Assembly (NCBI GenBank): GCA_031284365.1
Contig: JAISZX010000061.1
Span: 1 to 62,585, forward strand
Reading direction: 5' to 3'
Length of the DNA stretch: 62,585 nucleotides
Origin: Holosporaceae bacterium
GTDB taxonomy: Bacteria > Pseudomonadota > Alphaproteobacteria > UBA3830
The position numbers were made by a program, and so were the translations under genes. Each line of letters opens with the position of its first letter. Within the stretch, counting starts at the first letter, position 1. Positions 26,619-35,823 of this stretch are shown here, piece after piece. Under the pieces are notes generated by a model. That model was not told where the DNA came from. It made no database searches and worked only from the letters and a program-made list of their open reading frames with translations.

Positions 26619-28688
26619 TCATTTAAACTTCATTGTTAGTTTTGCACGATATTTGTTATCATATCCAAGAAACTTAACGTTTACTTTGTCGCCTTCATTT
26701 ATGAAATCTGTGACTTTTTCTACTCTAGAATCAGACATTTCACTTATGTGAACAAGTCCTTCTTTTGATCCGTAGAAGTTTACGAAGGCTCCAAAATCCA
26801 TTATTTTAACGACCTTTCCAGTATACACTGTACCAATAACTGGATCAAAAGCTATTTCCTTGATCATATCTAAAGCGTCATCAAGTGACGTGGAATTGGA
26901 TGCAGAAACTGCGACATTTCCGTCGTCGTCAATGTCAATTTTTGCACCAGTGCGCTCTATAATTTCACGAATTACCTTTCCTCCCGACCCAATAACGTCA
27001 CGTATCTTATCCTTTGGAATCGAAATTGTAGTCATTTTTGGCGCGTTCTCGTTAAGCTCAGATCTATGAGATTTTAACTCTTTTGACATTTCACTTAGAA
27101 TATGCATTCGTCCAATTTTTGCTTGACTCATTGCTTTTTCCATAATCTCGAAAGTAACACTCGTTACTTTAATGTCCATTTGCAAAGCGGTAATACCATT
27201 TTTTGTGCCTGCAACCTTAAAATCCATGTCGCCAAGGTGATCCTCCTCTCCCATGATATCACTGAGAATTTCATACCTTCCACTATCGTCTATGATTAGC
27301 CCCATGGCAATGCCAGCAACTGCATTTTTCAGTGGAACCCCAGCATCCATCAAAGCTAGAGAAGCACCGCACACTGTTGCCATTGACGACGATCCATTGC
27401 ATGAAAGAACCTCAGATACAACACGTATGGAGTACGGGAATTTATCGCGGTGTGGAATTACCGGATTTAGAGCTCGCCATGCCAATTTGCCATGACCTAC
27501 TTCGCGTCTTCCAGGAGATCCGAGACGACCAATTTCTCCAACTGAAAATGGTGGAAAATTGTAATGCAGCATAAATCTTTCTTTGTATTCTCCGGCAAGA
27601 GAATCAACCAATTGTTCATTCTGTGCTGTACCTAACGTCGCAATCACGAGAGCTTGTGTCTCACCACGTTGAAATACAGCTGATCCATGCACTTTCGGTA
27701 GAACAGACGTATCTATGCTAATATTTCTTATGTCATTTGTTCCTCGATTGTCAATGCGTCTTCCAGTTGTGAGAATATTATTTCTTATAAAGCGTGAACG
27801 AGCTTCCATAAATGCTTCTAAAATTGTATTTTCAGTAACATCTTCGGAAATTGTAAAATGTTCTACGACTTTTTTAGACAGAACTGCTATGGATTCGTTT
27901 CTATCGTGTTTACTCGGTTTTCCATATGCTTCATCTATATCTTTTATGAAATTTTTAAGTATTTCATCAACAAGACGCAATACATTCGTTTCCGTATTTT
28001 GTAGCTCGAACTTCTTATTTCCGCATTTTTCAGTTAATTGTGTTATTGCGTCTATAATTGGTTGAAACGATTCATGGCCAAATTTAAGAGCGGACAGCAT
28101 ATCTGCTTCCGATAATTCTCTTGCACCAGATTCAACCATTAAAACACCATTCTTTGAACCAGCAATCACAAGATCCAGATCGGATTCATATCCAATCTTT
28201 GGATTTAGAATAAATTGACCGTTTTCATATCCTATTCTTGCCGCGGCAATTGGACAGAGAAACGGAAGGCCAGAGATCGCAAGAGCAGCTGATGCGCCAA
28301 TTATTGATATAACGTCTGTGTCATTTTCTCCATCAAAACTTAAAACTGTGCAAATGATTTGAGTTTCATTCTTGAAATTTTCATGGAACAGAGGACGAAT
28401 TGGTCTATCTATGAGACGTGAAACTAATGTTTCTCTCTCTGAAGGACGTCCTTCCCTTTTTACAAAACCACCAGGGATCTTTCCAGCAGCGTACGCTTTT
28501 TCAACGTAATTCACAGTAAGTGGGAAAAAATCATCTGTTGCGCTAGGTTTCGTGTCAGCTACGACTGTACACAGAACGATGGTATCACCGTATTTTACGG
28601 TGACGGCTCCAGTAGCTTGATTTGCGAAACGTCCAGTTTCAATGATTAGAGGCCTACCGCCCCATTCGATTTTTTTACTAAACACCAT
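26619..28688 (-). CDS. pnp: polyribonucleotide nucleotidyltransferase (PNPase)
   Basis: Two RNase PH-like domains plus KH (IPKDKIRDVIGSGGKVIREI) and S1 (GKVVKIMDFGAFVNF...GLVHISE) domains. Located downstream of rpsO. Confidence 0.97.
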   Translation of the reverse strand: MVFSKKIEWGGRPLIIETGRFANQATGAVTVKYGDTIVLCTVVADTKPSATDDFFPLTVNYVEKAYAAGKIPGGFVKREGRPSERETLVSRLIDRPIRPLFHENFKNETQIICTVLSFDGENDTDVISIIGASAALAISGLPFLCPIAAARIGYENGQFILNPKIGYESDLDLVIAGSKNGVLMVESGARELSEADMLSALKFGHESFQPIIDAITQLTEKCGNKKFELQNTETNVLRLVDEILKNFIKDIDEAYGKPSKHDRNESIAVLSKKVVEHFTISEDVTENTILEAFMEARSRFIRNNILTTGRRIDNRGTNDIRNISIDTSVLPKVHGSAVFQRGETQALVIATLGTAQNEQLVDSLAGEYKERFMLHYNFPPFSVGEIGRLGSPGRREVGHGKLAWRALNPVIPHRDKFPYSIRVVSEVLSCNGSSSMATVCGASLALMDAGVPLKNAVAGIAMGLIIDDSGRYEILSDIMGEEDHLGDMDFKVAGTKNGITALQMDIKVTSVTFEIMEKAMSQAKIGRMHILSEMSKELKSHRSELNENAPKMTTISIPKDKIRDVIGSGGKVIREIIERTGAKIDIDDDGNVAVSASNSTSLDDALDMIKEIAFDPVIGTVYTGKVVKIMDFGAFVNFYGSKEGLVHISEMSDSRVEKVTDFINEGDKVNVKFLGYDNKYRAKLTMKFK

Positions 28689-28705
28689 TTACTATTCCTC
28701 TGTTG

Positions 28706-28969
28706 TTATCTTCTCAAAGATAGGTCTTTAATTAGCTTTGTGTATCTTGATTCATTGGTTCGTTTTAAATAGTCCAAAAGCTTTCTTCTCCTGCTAACGA
28801 TCGCCAACAAACCGCGTCTCGAGTGAAAATCTTTTGTGTGAGAATTCATGTGCTCACCCAACGCATTGATTCTCGCAGTAAGAACAGCCACTTGCACTTC
28901 CGGAGATCCAGTATCTCCTTCGTGAATAGCGAACCTGTCTATTATTTCCTTTTTGTTTTCTATCGACAT
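28706..28969 (-). CDS. rpsO: 30S ribosomal protein S15
   Basis: [52 protein letters not shown] is canonical S15. Confidence 0.97.
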   Translation of the reverse strand: MSIENKKEIIDRFAIHEGDTGSPEVQVAVLTARINALGEHMNSHTKDFHSRRGLLAIVSRRRKLLDYLKRTNESRYTKLIKDLSLRR

Positions 28970-29214
28970 CTTTCTTCTCCAATTTTAATTACCAGCACAT
29001 TACTGGACGAACCTAAAAAGTACGTCCAAATTCAATAAATTAGTACCGTCCAAGATATAAAGCCGGGATGTCGTCCAGCGGACTTTCTATGAAAACGATA
29101 CGCAAACTAACGTGCTATTCTACTACGTTTTTTTGTAACTTTTCAATAAAAATATGTTGTTCGTTGAAAAAAAATAGTTTCGTGTGCATGTAAGCTTATT
29201 ACTTTGATTCTTAA

Positions 29215-29291
<77 letters not shown>

Positions 29292-29378
29292 TCGCTATCA
29301 ATATATATAACGATATAAATATATTCAATACTTATAATGAAATGATTTTTTGATGTATATGTTGATATCAAAAATATG

Positions 29379-29393
29379 TTAACAAATTGTTAA
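29379..29393. promoter_or_regulatory. perfect palindrome TTAACAA-A-TTGTTAA (CtrA-box format TTAA-N7-TTAA)
   Basis: Read directly at 29379-29393. A one-mismatch relative, cTAActaattgTTAA, lies at 29411-29425. Confidence 0.5.
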
Positions 29394-29484
29394 TTTGCCA
29401 GAGAATCTCGCTAACTAATTGTTAATGAATGATAACGCAAGGTGGATGTTTCCAAAATTTTCTAGAACAAAACTGTTAGTATCC

Positions 29485-29493
29485 TGTGGATAA
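29485..29493 (-). promoter_or_regulatory. perfect DnaA box (TTATCCACA on the minus strand)
   Basis: tgtggataa at 29485-29493. One-mismatch boxes are TTATCAACA at 29555-29563 and cTATCCACc at 29722-29730. Confidence 0.45.
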
Positions 29494-29535
29494 ATAGTGA
29501 ACAAAAATTGGAATTGTTCGGATTAATGTAAGTTA

Positions 29536-29551
29536 TTAACAATTTGTTAAC
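29536..29551. promoter_or_regulatory. perfect palindrome TTAACAA-T-TTGTTAA(C) (full CtrA consensus TTAA-N7-TTAAC)
   Basis: Read directly at 29536-29551. It overlaps the first copy of an 11-bp direct repeat ttgttaacatg (29544-54 and 29566-76). Confidence 0.5.
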
Positions 29552-30128
29552 ATGTTATCAACAGGTTGTTAACATGGACGTACCATTAGCCAATATAGAG
29601 GTTTTTTCTAGAGGAGCAATCAATCCTTAATTCTTTGCTTTAACAAGTGAATGGCGAGATATATACACATGTCTCTAGGAAAAAGCCCTGAACTTAATGT
29701 CGACGTAGTCTGCGCGGTACACTATCCACCAACTATCACATTATACCAAAATAGTAAAAATTTTGTTAATTTTTCAAATTATTTTTTATTCCTTAAAAAA
29801 TAACGCTTTTTTAACATATTTTTCATAATATGGTAATCGGTGGAAGATGCTCCGCGCCAATTGGATTAATAACAAATTAATAAAGCAATTAACATCTTTC
29901 TGAAATTTCAGATTGAAAAAGGATCTGATGGATGGTAAGTGTTTTTTTGTAGAATTGACCAACTTTTTGCTTTTTTTTTGGCGTAGTATTTTTGGTGTAA
30001 AATGTGCTCGTGTATGAATGTTGTTTGCGGAATTGCTGCAAAAATAGGCATGAGTGCCTCGACAATTTTCCGAGAAATTGCTTATAATTAAGTGTCTGGC
30101 GTTTACATAAAGAGTTGCAGCGCAAGCG

Positions 30129-32819
30129 TTATTCATGCAACCCAAGTATCTGCCATCCTGGATTCTCAACATAATTTTTTATATTAGACAGAAATTCCGA
30201 AGCTTTTCTGGTATCAGAAATTCTGTGATCATACGATAAAGATATATAAAGCATTGGCCTGATTTCCATTCCGCCATCGGCAACGACTGGTCGATTGTGC
30301 ATTTTATGAACGCTTAAAGTTGCGACCTGTGGTGGTGTAAGTAGATCTGTTCCTATTAGTGAGCCGTAAATTCCAGCGTTAACAACTGTAAAAGTTCCTC
30401 CGGAGGCTTCCTCTATTGATAAAGTTCCTTCTATAGCTCGTCTTGACAAATGAATCATTGCCACTTCGATTTCAGCAATTGTCATCGCATCCGCGTGCCT
30501 TATTACTGGTGCTGCTATACCATCATTTCCGCAGGTAATAATGGATATATCAAAATTATTTTTATATATGATTTCATCATTATGAATATGCGCATTAAAG
30601 ATGCGGTATTGCTTCAACGCAGCAATGCTGGCCGAGATAAAAAATGGGGTAAATCCAAGTCTAGTATTGTGCTTTTTCGAAAAAGCATTGCCAAAAGTTT
30701 TCTCCAAAGCTAGAATGGCACCCATATTAACTTCGTTCGATACAGTTGAAATAACTGACGCGTCGTAGGAATCGCGCATTTTTTCTGAGATACGACGTCG
30801 CAAAAAATCTATCGGCTCATTGTAATCTCCCGGAGTTTCAAAAAATTTAGGTTTATTCCAATTATCTGCGTATACTTCCGGAGTGTTGCTTTCTTGCTCT
30901 ACACTTAACAATTTTTTTACAATTCTATTTTGTTCCTCAATTTCGCAATTCTTCTCTTTTAAAACTTTATTGTGCAAATCAGATTCTTCTTTAGTAAAGT
31001 TTCCAAATTGTTCAGTCGTTTCATTCTTTGTGACATCTGTTATCTCACTATTCACAGTGCTAGTGTTTATCTCCGCGACATGTTTTTTGCATGTCTCATT
31101 TTTTAAAACATTAACAGTTCTGTGAACACTTTCGTACATATTTTTGTTAATTTCAACTACGGCAAAATGTACCATTTCCACAGTCGTTTCTTCGATTTTT
31201 TCGATAACATCAGCCTTAACATTGCCAATAGTTTTCTCGATGGAAGACTTAATTTCTTTGTAAGCATTTTTCCTAGCGTCGTCTACGGCTTCACGTACAT
31301 CACACTCCATTTTTTCGTTTATCTCAGCTACAACGCGTTTTAGCGTCAAATTAGTCATTCCGCGAACATTATCACAGGCAATTTTTCTAACTTCACTAAC
31401 CATTTCGTATATATCATGTCCAATTTTTTGATTGATTTCTGTAATAATCGAATTTAACACTGAGTGCATCGATTCGCTAATTTCAGAACAAGCATTTCTC
31501 CTCGTATTATCAACAACTTCGTGCAGATCTTTACCCATTTCTTGATTAATTTGTACAATAATAGAGCGCAGCATTGAACTTGCCGATTCACGGATTTCAT
31601 TGCATGCTTCAATTTTTCCGTCATTCATTACATCGCGAATGTTATTCTCAATTTTTTTGTTAATCTCATTAATGGCAGATTCCAGAATTGAATGAGTCGT
31701 TCCACATATTTCATTATTTGCAATTTTGAGAATTTCTTCCTTTAGTAACTCTGCTTCGTTGGAAGCTAACCGTGTTGTTGATTCAATTAACTCTTCAGCG
31801 TGAACATGTGAACGCATTCTGGCATCTTTAACGATTTCTTTTACTATCGTTTTTGATTCCTTTGCTGCATGTTTACGTGCAGAATGAATGATATCTTTTT
31901 TTATCGCTTTCGCTTCCATTTTTGATTCATTTATAGCTTCCTCGATAATTTCTTTTGATAGCAATTCTGCAGCTTGTTTCGCTTCCTCTTTTGCGTTGGA
32001 GATGGCATCTTTTATTGTTGTTTCAGCTTTGTACTTAGCTTCTTTTTCCGCATTACTGATGATTTCATAGCGAATATTTTCAGCTTCCTTCAGGGCGCGC
32101 TCTCGAGCCTCATCTATTAATTTTAATTTTGTATTTTCTGCCTCTTGGATTGAGCCTTGAATAATTTTTTTGTGCATTTCACTGGCGTCTCTAGTTGCTT
32201 TTTCCTCATATTCTCTTAATATTTTGCACTTAAGCTCTTCAGCTTGCATGAAAGCCAGTCTTCGAGCTTCCTCAATGATCTTTTCTTTCAGTTTATGAGA
32301 CTCTTCTCTGGCTTGATTTTCGGCATTTTTAAGGATATTCATGCACTTTTCTTCTGTATGTACATAAACTTCACCTATTATCTCTTCTTCAATTTTCACA
32401 CTTTTTTCAACTGAGGTTTCAACAAGTGGAACCGAAAGACCGTGCCCTTTGCTGGTAAAATCATTGAAAATTTGATTTTCTTCATGAATTTCATTCTGTA
32501 TCTCAGATCCTACAACATCAGATACAATTTTTGCTTCCATTATTTCTACACTTCGTATAACGTCAGATATATCCGCGCTCAAATCCGTTTCTATGACAGC
32601 AATTTTTGTTCCCTGCGGAATTACAGCACCTTCTTCCACCAAGATCTTCACTAATATACAGTCGTAACTCGACGTAATGCCGCATGCCACAGACATGGTT
32701 TCAGCATCCGCTACTATTTCATTTTTAGAAATTCTTTCGCCTACACTTTTATACCAAGAAGACAGGACAACTTCCTCTGAAGAGTTATCAAAATTCGGAA
32801 CTATTATATCTATACGCAT
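30129..32819 (-). CDS. E2 (SucB-type) 2-oxoacid dehydrogenase acyltransferase homologue with a degenerate lipoyl domain and a long helical-repeat insert
   Basis: The C-terminal 230 aa form the acyltransferase catalytic domain (GGTFTVVNAGIYGS ... LSYDHRISD). The N-terminal about 75 aa are lipoyl-domain-like, but ETDKV reads ETMSV. ATG at 32819 (MRIDIIVPNF, GGTGA 7 nt upstream) is preferred over the longest-ORF start at 32921. Confidence 0.8.
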   Translation of the reverse strand: MRIDIIVPNFDNSSEEVVLSSWYKSVGERISKNEIVADAETMSVACGITSSYDCILVKILVEEGAVIPQGTKIAVIETDLSADISDVIRSVEIMEAKIVSDVVGSEIQNEIHEENQIFNDFTSKGHGLSVPLVETSVEKSVKIEEEIIGEVYVHTEEKCMNILKNAENQAREESHKLKEKIIEEARRLAFMQAEELKCKILREYEEKATRDASEMHKKIIQGSIQEAENTKLKLIDEARERALKEAENIRYEIISNAEKEAKYKAETTIKDAISNAKEEAKQAAELLSKEIIEEAINESKMEAKAIKKDIIHSARKHAAKESKTIVKEIVKDARMRSHVHAEELIESTTRLASNEAELLKEEILKIANNEICGTTHSILESAINEINKKIENNIRDVMNDGKIEACNEIRESASSMLRSIIVQINQEMGKDLHEVVDNTRRNACSEISESMHSVLNSIITEINQKIGHDIYEMVSEVRKIACDNVRGMTNLTLKRVVAEINEKMECDVREAVDDARKNAYKEIKSSIEKTIGNVKADVIEKIEETTVEMVHFAVVEINKNMYESVHRTVNVLKNETCKKHVAEINTSTVNSEITDVTKNETTEQFGNFTKEESDLHNKVLKEKNCEIEEQNRIVKKLLSVEQESNTPEVYADNWNKPKFFETPGDYNEPIDFLRRRISEKMRDSYDASVISTVSNEVNMGAILALEKTFGNAFSKKHNTRLGFTPFFISASIAALKQYRIFNAHIHNDEIIYKNNFDISIITCGNDGIAAPVIRHADAMTIAEIEVAMIHLSRRAIEGTLSIEEASGGTFTVVNAGIYGSLIGTDLLTPPQVATLSVHKMHNRPVVADGGMEIRPMLYISLSYDHRISDTRKASEFLSNIKNYVENPGWQILGLHE

Positions 32820-32914
32820 TATCAAATCACCATAGTGCCCACGATCATTAAATAACAAAAAAATTGCTTTTGTGTTAATTTGCTCAAAAAAAATCGCATT
32901 TTTACGTGGTTTTT

Positions 32915-33616
32915 TTACCATGTCGATCCAAGCTTTATGAAAATTTGGCGTTCGGTATCCTTTTGTATTTCAATGAAATTTTGTTTTATTGTTTTTATGA
33001 TATAGTCATCAATATGATCTTCAACACTAAACCAAGAATCATCTATGTAAGCTTTAGAATCGCTAATTGTACAAAACAACTGGTGTTGTTTTGTTTTTTT
33101 AAACAAATTAATACGGTCATATTTTCGATTTGTGACATTGATGGAAGAAATATTTGGGAGCTCTTTTATTATTGTAGACGTAAATTGAATAACAGCTGCT
33201 ACGTCTCCTTTATCAGTGATAAGTAATTTTATTGACTTAAAATATATCAAGCCAGGCAATTCAAAAAACAATTTATCTATAAAATAGTAAATTTTTTGTT
33301 CTTGATTTGCCAGGATTTTTATTTCAGTGCCAGTGGAATCACATTTAATCAATATCTTTTTCAAACACAGTTCTTTTGTGATTTCCTTTATGCATTTTTT
33401 CATATCGTCACTTGAAGAAAAGAGTTTTTCTTTTGATTTTAAATGCTTAGGTGTATTAATTTTTATCTCTCTTACAAGTTTGTTTATTTGATTTCTCGAT
33501 TCGATGAGACACTCTTTTTGATTTTCAAGATCAATTAAATTCGATATTTTTGAGATACACAGAATACTCAATATTGTTATCAAAAAAAATGGAATACATA
33601 TTCTTATTTTATGCAT
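32915..33616 (-). CDS. hypothetical bitopic membrane protein (GspM/PilO-like by architecture only)
   Basis: N-terminal TM (ICIPFFLITILSILCI) plus about 200 aa predicted outside. It overlaps the upstream gene by 13 nt. No motif-level match. Confidence 0.45.
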   Translation of the reverse strand: MHKIRICIPFFLITILSILCISKISNLIDLENQKECLIESRNQINKLVREIKINTPKHLKSKEKLFSSSDDMKKCIKEITKELCLKKILIKCDSTGTEIKILANQEQKIYYFIDKLFFELPGLIYFKSIKLLITDKGDVAAVIQFTSTIIKELPNISSINVTNRKYDRINLFKKTKQHQLFCTISDSKAYIDDSWFSVEDHIDDYIIKTIKQNFIEIQKDTERQIFIKLGSTW

Positions 33617-34647
33617 ATGTTGGATCCAATTTTTTTATCTGAGTCGAGCTCTTCATATTCATCATTTGAATTTCTTTCTATTTCAATAGCATCACACGTT
33701 TTTAATTTTTCGAACTGTGATCTGTTTAGTGATGTTTTTATTTTGATTTTATTTTCATAGGATAATTGCTCAACATTAATAAGATGTTTGCGACATATCT
33801 CAGAAGCATTCCGAAATAGCTCCAAAGGATTTTGTAATTTTTTTATTTTATCAAAAAATTGCTTTGTATTGGAGAAATTTTCATTGTTAATTTCTAAAAC
33901 GATATCATCAGTTGTCACACGCACACTTTTTTTGAGAAATGAAATGTCATTTTTTTGATTTTCTATACTTTTATCGATATAAAATAGTGATAAAGAAATG
34001 GCAACTACAACTGCATATAAAAATTTCTCATTTAAAAATTTTTTAATATAATTTTTGTTAACATAGATAGGTTTTATTTGATTGTTTGATAACAGAAAAT
34101 CAGTAATAATTTTACTCATGTTATTTGAATTCTCGATGTAATATTTCTCAATAACAACTTTTGAATTGATTTCTAGATTTTGCAATGTAGAAAAAAATTT
34201 CACACTTTCTGTCATTCCGAATCTTTGCAAATACATTATGGTTCTGGAAATTTCGTTTTGCATGCTTGAATTTTCAGATAAAAATCTCGACAATATTATT
34301 CCTCTTCCTACTCCGGCTATAATTCTTGCTCCGCTTGCATGATAAGCGGCGTATAACCACCAATCTTTTTCATTAAGTTTACTAATATTATCACAAAATT
34401 CCGCAATAACGTTTTCCATTAAAAATATATCATCATTTGCGGTTAAATTTTGCGGAAGTAAAATTTTTTGGATGTAATGATTTGATTTTTCAAAGAAAGA
34501 TATTCTGTCTTTTTTTACCAAAAATGCTTTTTCACGTTCAGAAAAAGTCTTTCTTTTGCATTTTAGAATTTTGTACGCGTCAAATAAGGAACAGTTCATT
34601 AACTGCTCCAGAGATAACTCAACTTCATTTGTGTCCAATAAATACAT
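33604..34647 (-). CDS. hypothetical bitopic protein (GspL / PilM-N-like by architecture only)
   Basis: About 205-aa N-terminal soluble part, a single TM (FLYAVVVAISLSLFYI), then about 125 aa at the C-terminus. The ATG immediately follows the gspF/pilC-like stop (taaATG). Confidence 0.45.
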   Translation of the reverse strand: MYLLDTNEVELSLEQLMNCSLFDAYKILKCKRKTFSEREKAFLVKKDRISFFEKSNHYIQKILLPQNLTANDDIFLMENVIAEFCDNISKLNEKDWWLYAAYHASGARIIAGVGRGIILSRFLSENSSMQNEISRTIMYLQRFGMTESVKFFSTLQNLEINSKVVIEKYYIENSNNMSKIITDFLLSNNQIKPIYVNKNYIKKFLNEKFLYAVVVAISLSLFYIDKSIENQKNDISFLKKSVRVTTDDIVLEINNENFSNTKQFFDKIKKLQNPLELFRNASEICRKHLINVEQLSYENKIKIKTSLNRSQFEKLKTCDAIEIERNSNDEYEELDSDKKIGSNICIK

Positions 34648-35823
34648 TTATGTACCTGCCATTTCAACATAATTGTAAATCGGATAAAACAAACTGCATA
34701 AAATGAAAACAAATATCAATCCAGTAAAAAACGTCAGCCCAATACTCATAAATTGCCCTAGTGACTTGATTTCAAACAATATTTCTTTGTATTGATTTTT
34801 ACTAATGTGATGAAAGCTACTAGGAAGATCGTTTCCATCTTCTCCAACGTATATGGCGAGAAGAATATCTCGCGGAATCAAATTTCCGAGGGCGAAGGAT
34901 TCCGCAATTTTGTATCCATCAATTATATTATCGCGAATATTTTGCAATTCGCTTTTTAATGAATCTAATTTTATTGTTTCGATAGCTAAGTTCAACGCTG
35001 GAATGAAGTCCAATTTTGCGTTAAGAGCTATACTTAAAATTTTGCAGAACTGCCACATGGAAATTTTTATGATTAACTGACTGATTTTTGGAATTTTTAA
35101 CATTACTTGCGCTAAAATTTTTTTGCCTTTTTTGGTTGGTAAAAAAAACGCAATTAACATCAACGGAAAAATCATGAATTCAGAAATTTTTGGAAGTACA
35201 TTTATCGCGAATTGAGTGAGTTGTGGAATTTCTCCACCATCGCAATTTTGAACCAATGACGTAACCTGAGGCCCCAAAAATACTATACTCAAAACGAGAA
35301 CAAGAAGCGCGACTACCATAATAAAAATTGGATATATAATTGCTCGCTTTACATTATTTTTCCAATCCATTTGTAATTTTAAAAAACTTAAAATGTTTGA
35401 AATTACTTCTATTGTGTTTCCGGTATTTTCCGCTGATTTCAACATTCCAACAATAACTTCATCAAAAATAAAATGACTTTTTTGAAACGCCTCACCAATG
35501 CTTTCTCCTTCTTTCAAAGAATTAGAAATATCCAAAAGAGTTGCATTTAAAGTTTTGTTTCCATGAAAATCGGAAAAAGAATCGATGGCGTCGTTAATAT
35601 TCACTCCACATTTCAACTGAAAATTTATATGCATAAAAAATGTTAGTAAATCTTCAAGTGCAACTTTTTGCGAAGCAAAATATATTCTTTTTATTTCAAT
35701 TGGATGACAATGTTTCTTGTGAAGAATGTCATAAACGCACTTAAAATTATCGGCCAAAATTGCACCATCTTTTTTTTTGCCATTCTTAGTCAGCACTTTA
35801 TATTTATATATCGGCATTGCCAA
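34648..35823 (-). CDS. type II secretion / type IV pilus platform protein (GspF/PilC family)
   Basis: Two GspF-type repeats, e.g. GESIGEAFQKSHFIFDEVIVGMLKSAENTGNTIEV and the second-half analogue GYKIAESFALGNLIPRDILLAIYVGEDGNDL, with 3 TM segments. Confidence 0.85.
   Translation of the reverse strand: MAMPIYKYKVLTKNGKKKDGAILADNFKCVYDILHKKHCHPIEIKRIYFASQKVALEDLLTFFMHINFQLKCGVNINDAIDSFSDFHGNKTLNATLLDISNSLKEGESIGEAFQKSHFIFDEVIVGMLKSAENTGNTIEVISNILSFLKLQMDWKNNVKRAIIYPIFIMVVALLVLVLSIVFLGPQVTSLVQNCDGGEIPQLTQFAINVLPKISEFMIFPLMLIAFFLPTKKGKKILAQVMLKIPKISQLIIKISMWQFCKILSIALNAKLDFIPALNLAIETIKLDSLKSELQNIRDNIIDGYKIAESFALGNLIPRDILLAIYVGEDGNDLPSSFHHISKNQYKEILFEIKSLGQFMSIGLTFFTGLIFVFILCSLFYPIYNYVEMAGT

Noticed and set aside
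29292-29760. Firm oriC call
   Set aside because: It is kept only as a candidate. Flanking genes on both sides are on the minus strand, no dnaA, hemE or parAB marker is in the window, and skew cannot be evaluated from one window.
29292-30128. Structured RNA gene (RNase P RNA, 4.5S, 6S, tmRNA) in the 840-bp spacer
   Set aside because: None of the conserved motifs I know (for example GAGGAAAGTCC, a T-loop, or the SRP GGAA tetraloop context) is present. The regulatory or origin interpretation fits better.
29786-30172. 128-aa and 78-aa minus-strand ORFs in the spacer downstream of the E2-like gene
   Set aside because: They overlap the 3' end of the E2-like gene, have no SD and a Cys/Asn/Lys-rich odd composition, and span the dispersed repeat at 29879-29925. 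They were treated as non-coding.
35804-35823. 20-nt overlap between the ATPase and platform genes as possible programmed frameshifting
   Set aside because: Each gene has its own start codon and a full-length product. This is ordinary translational coupling.
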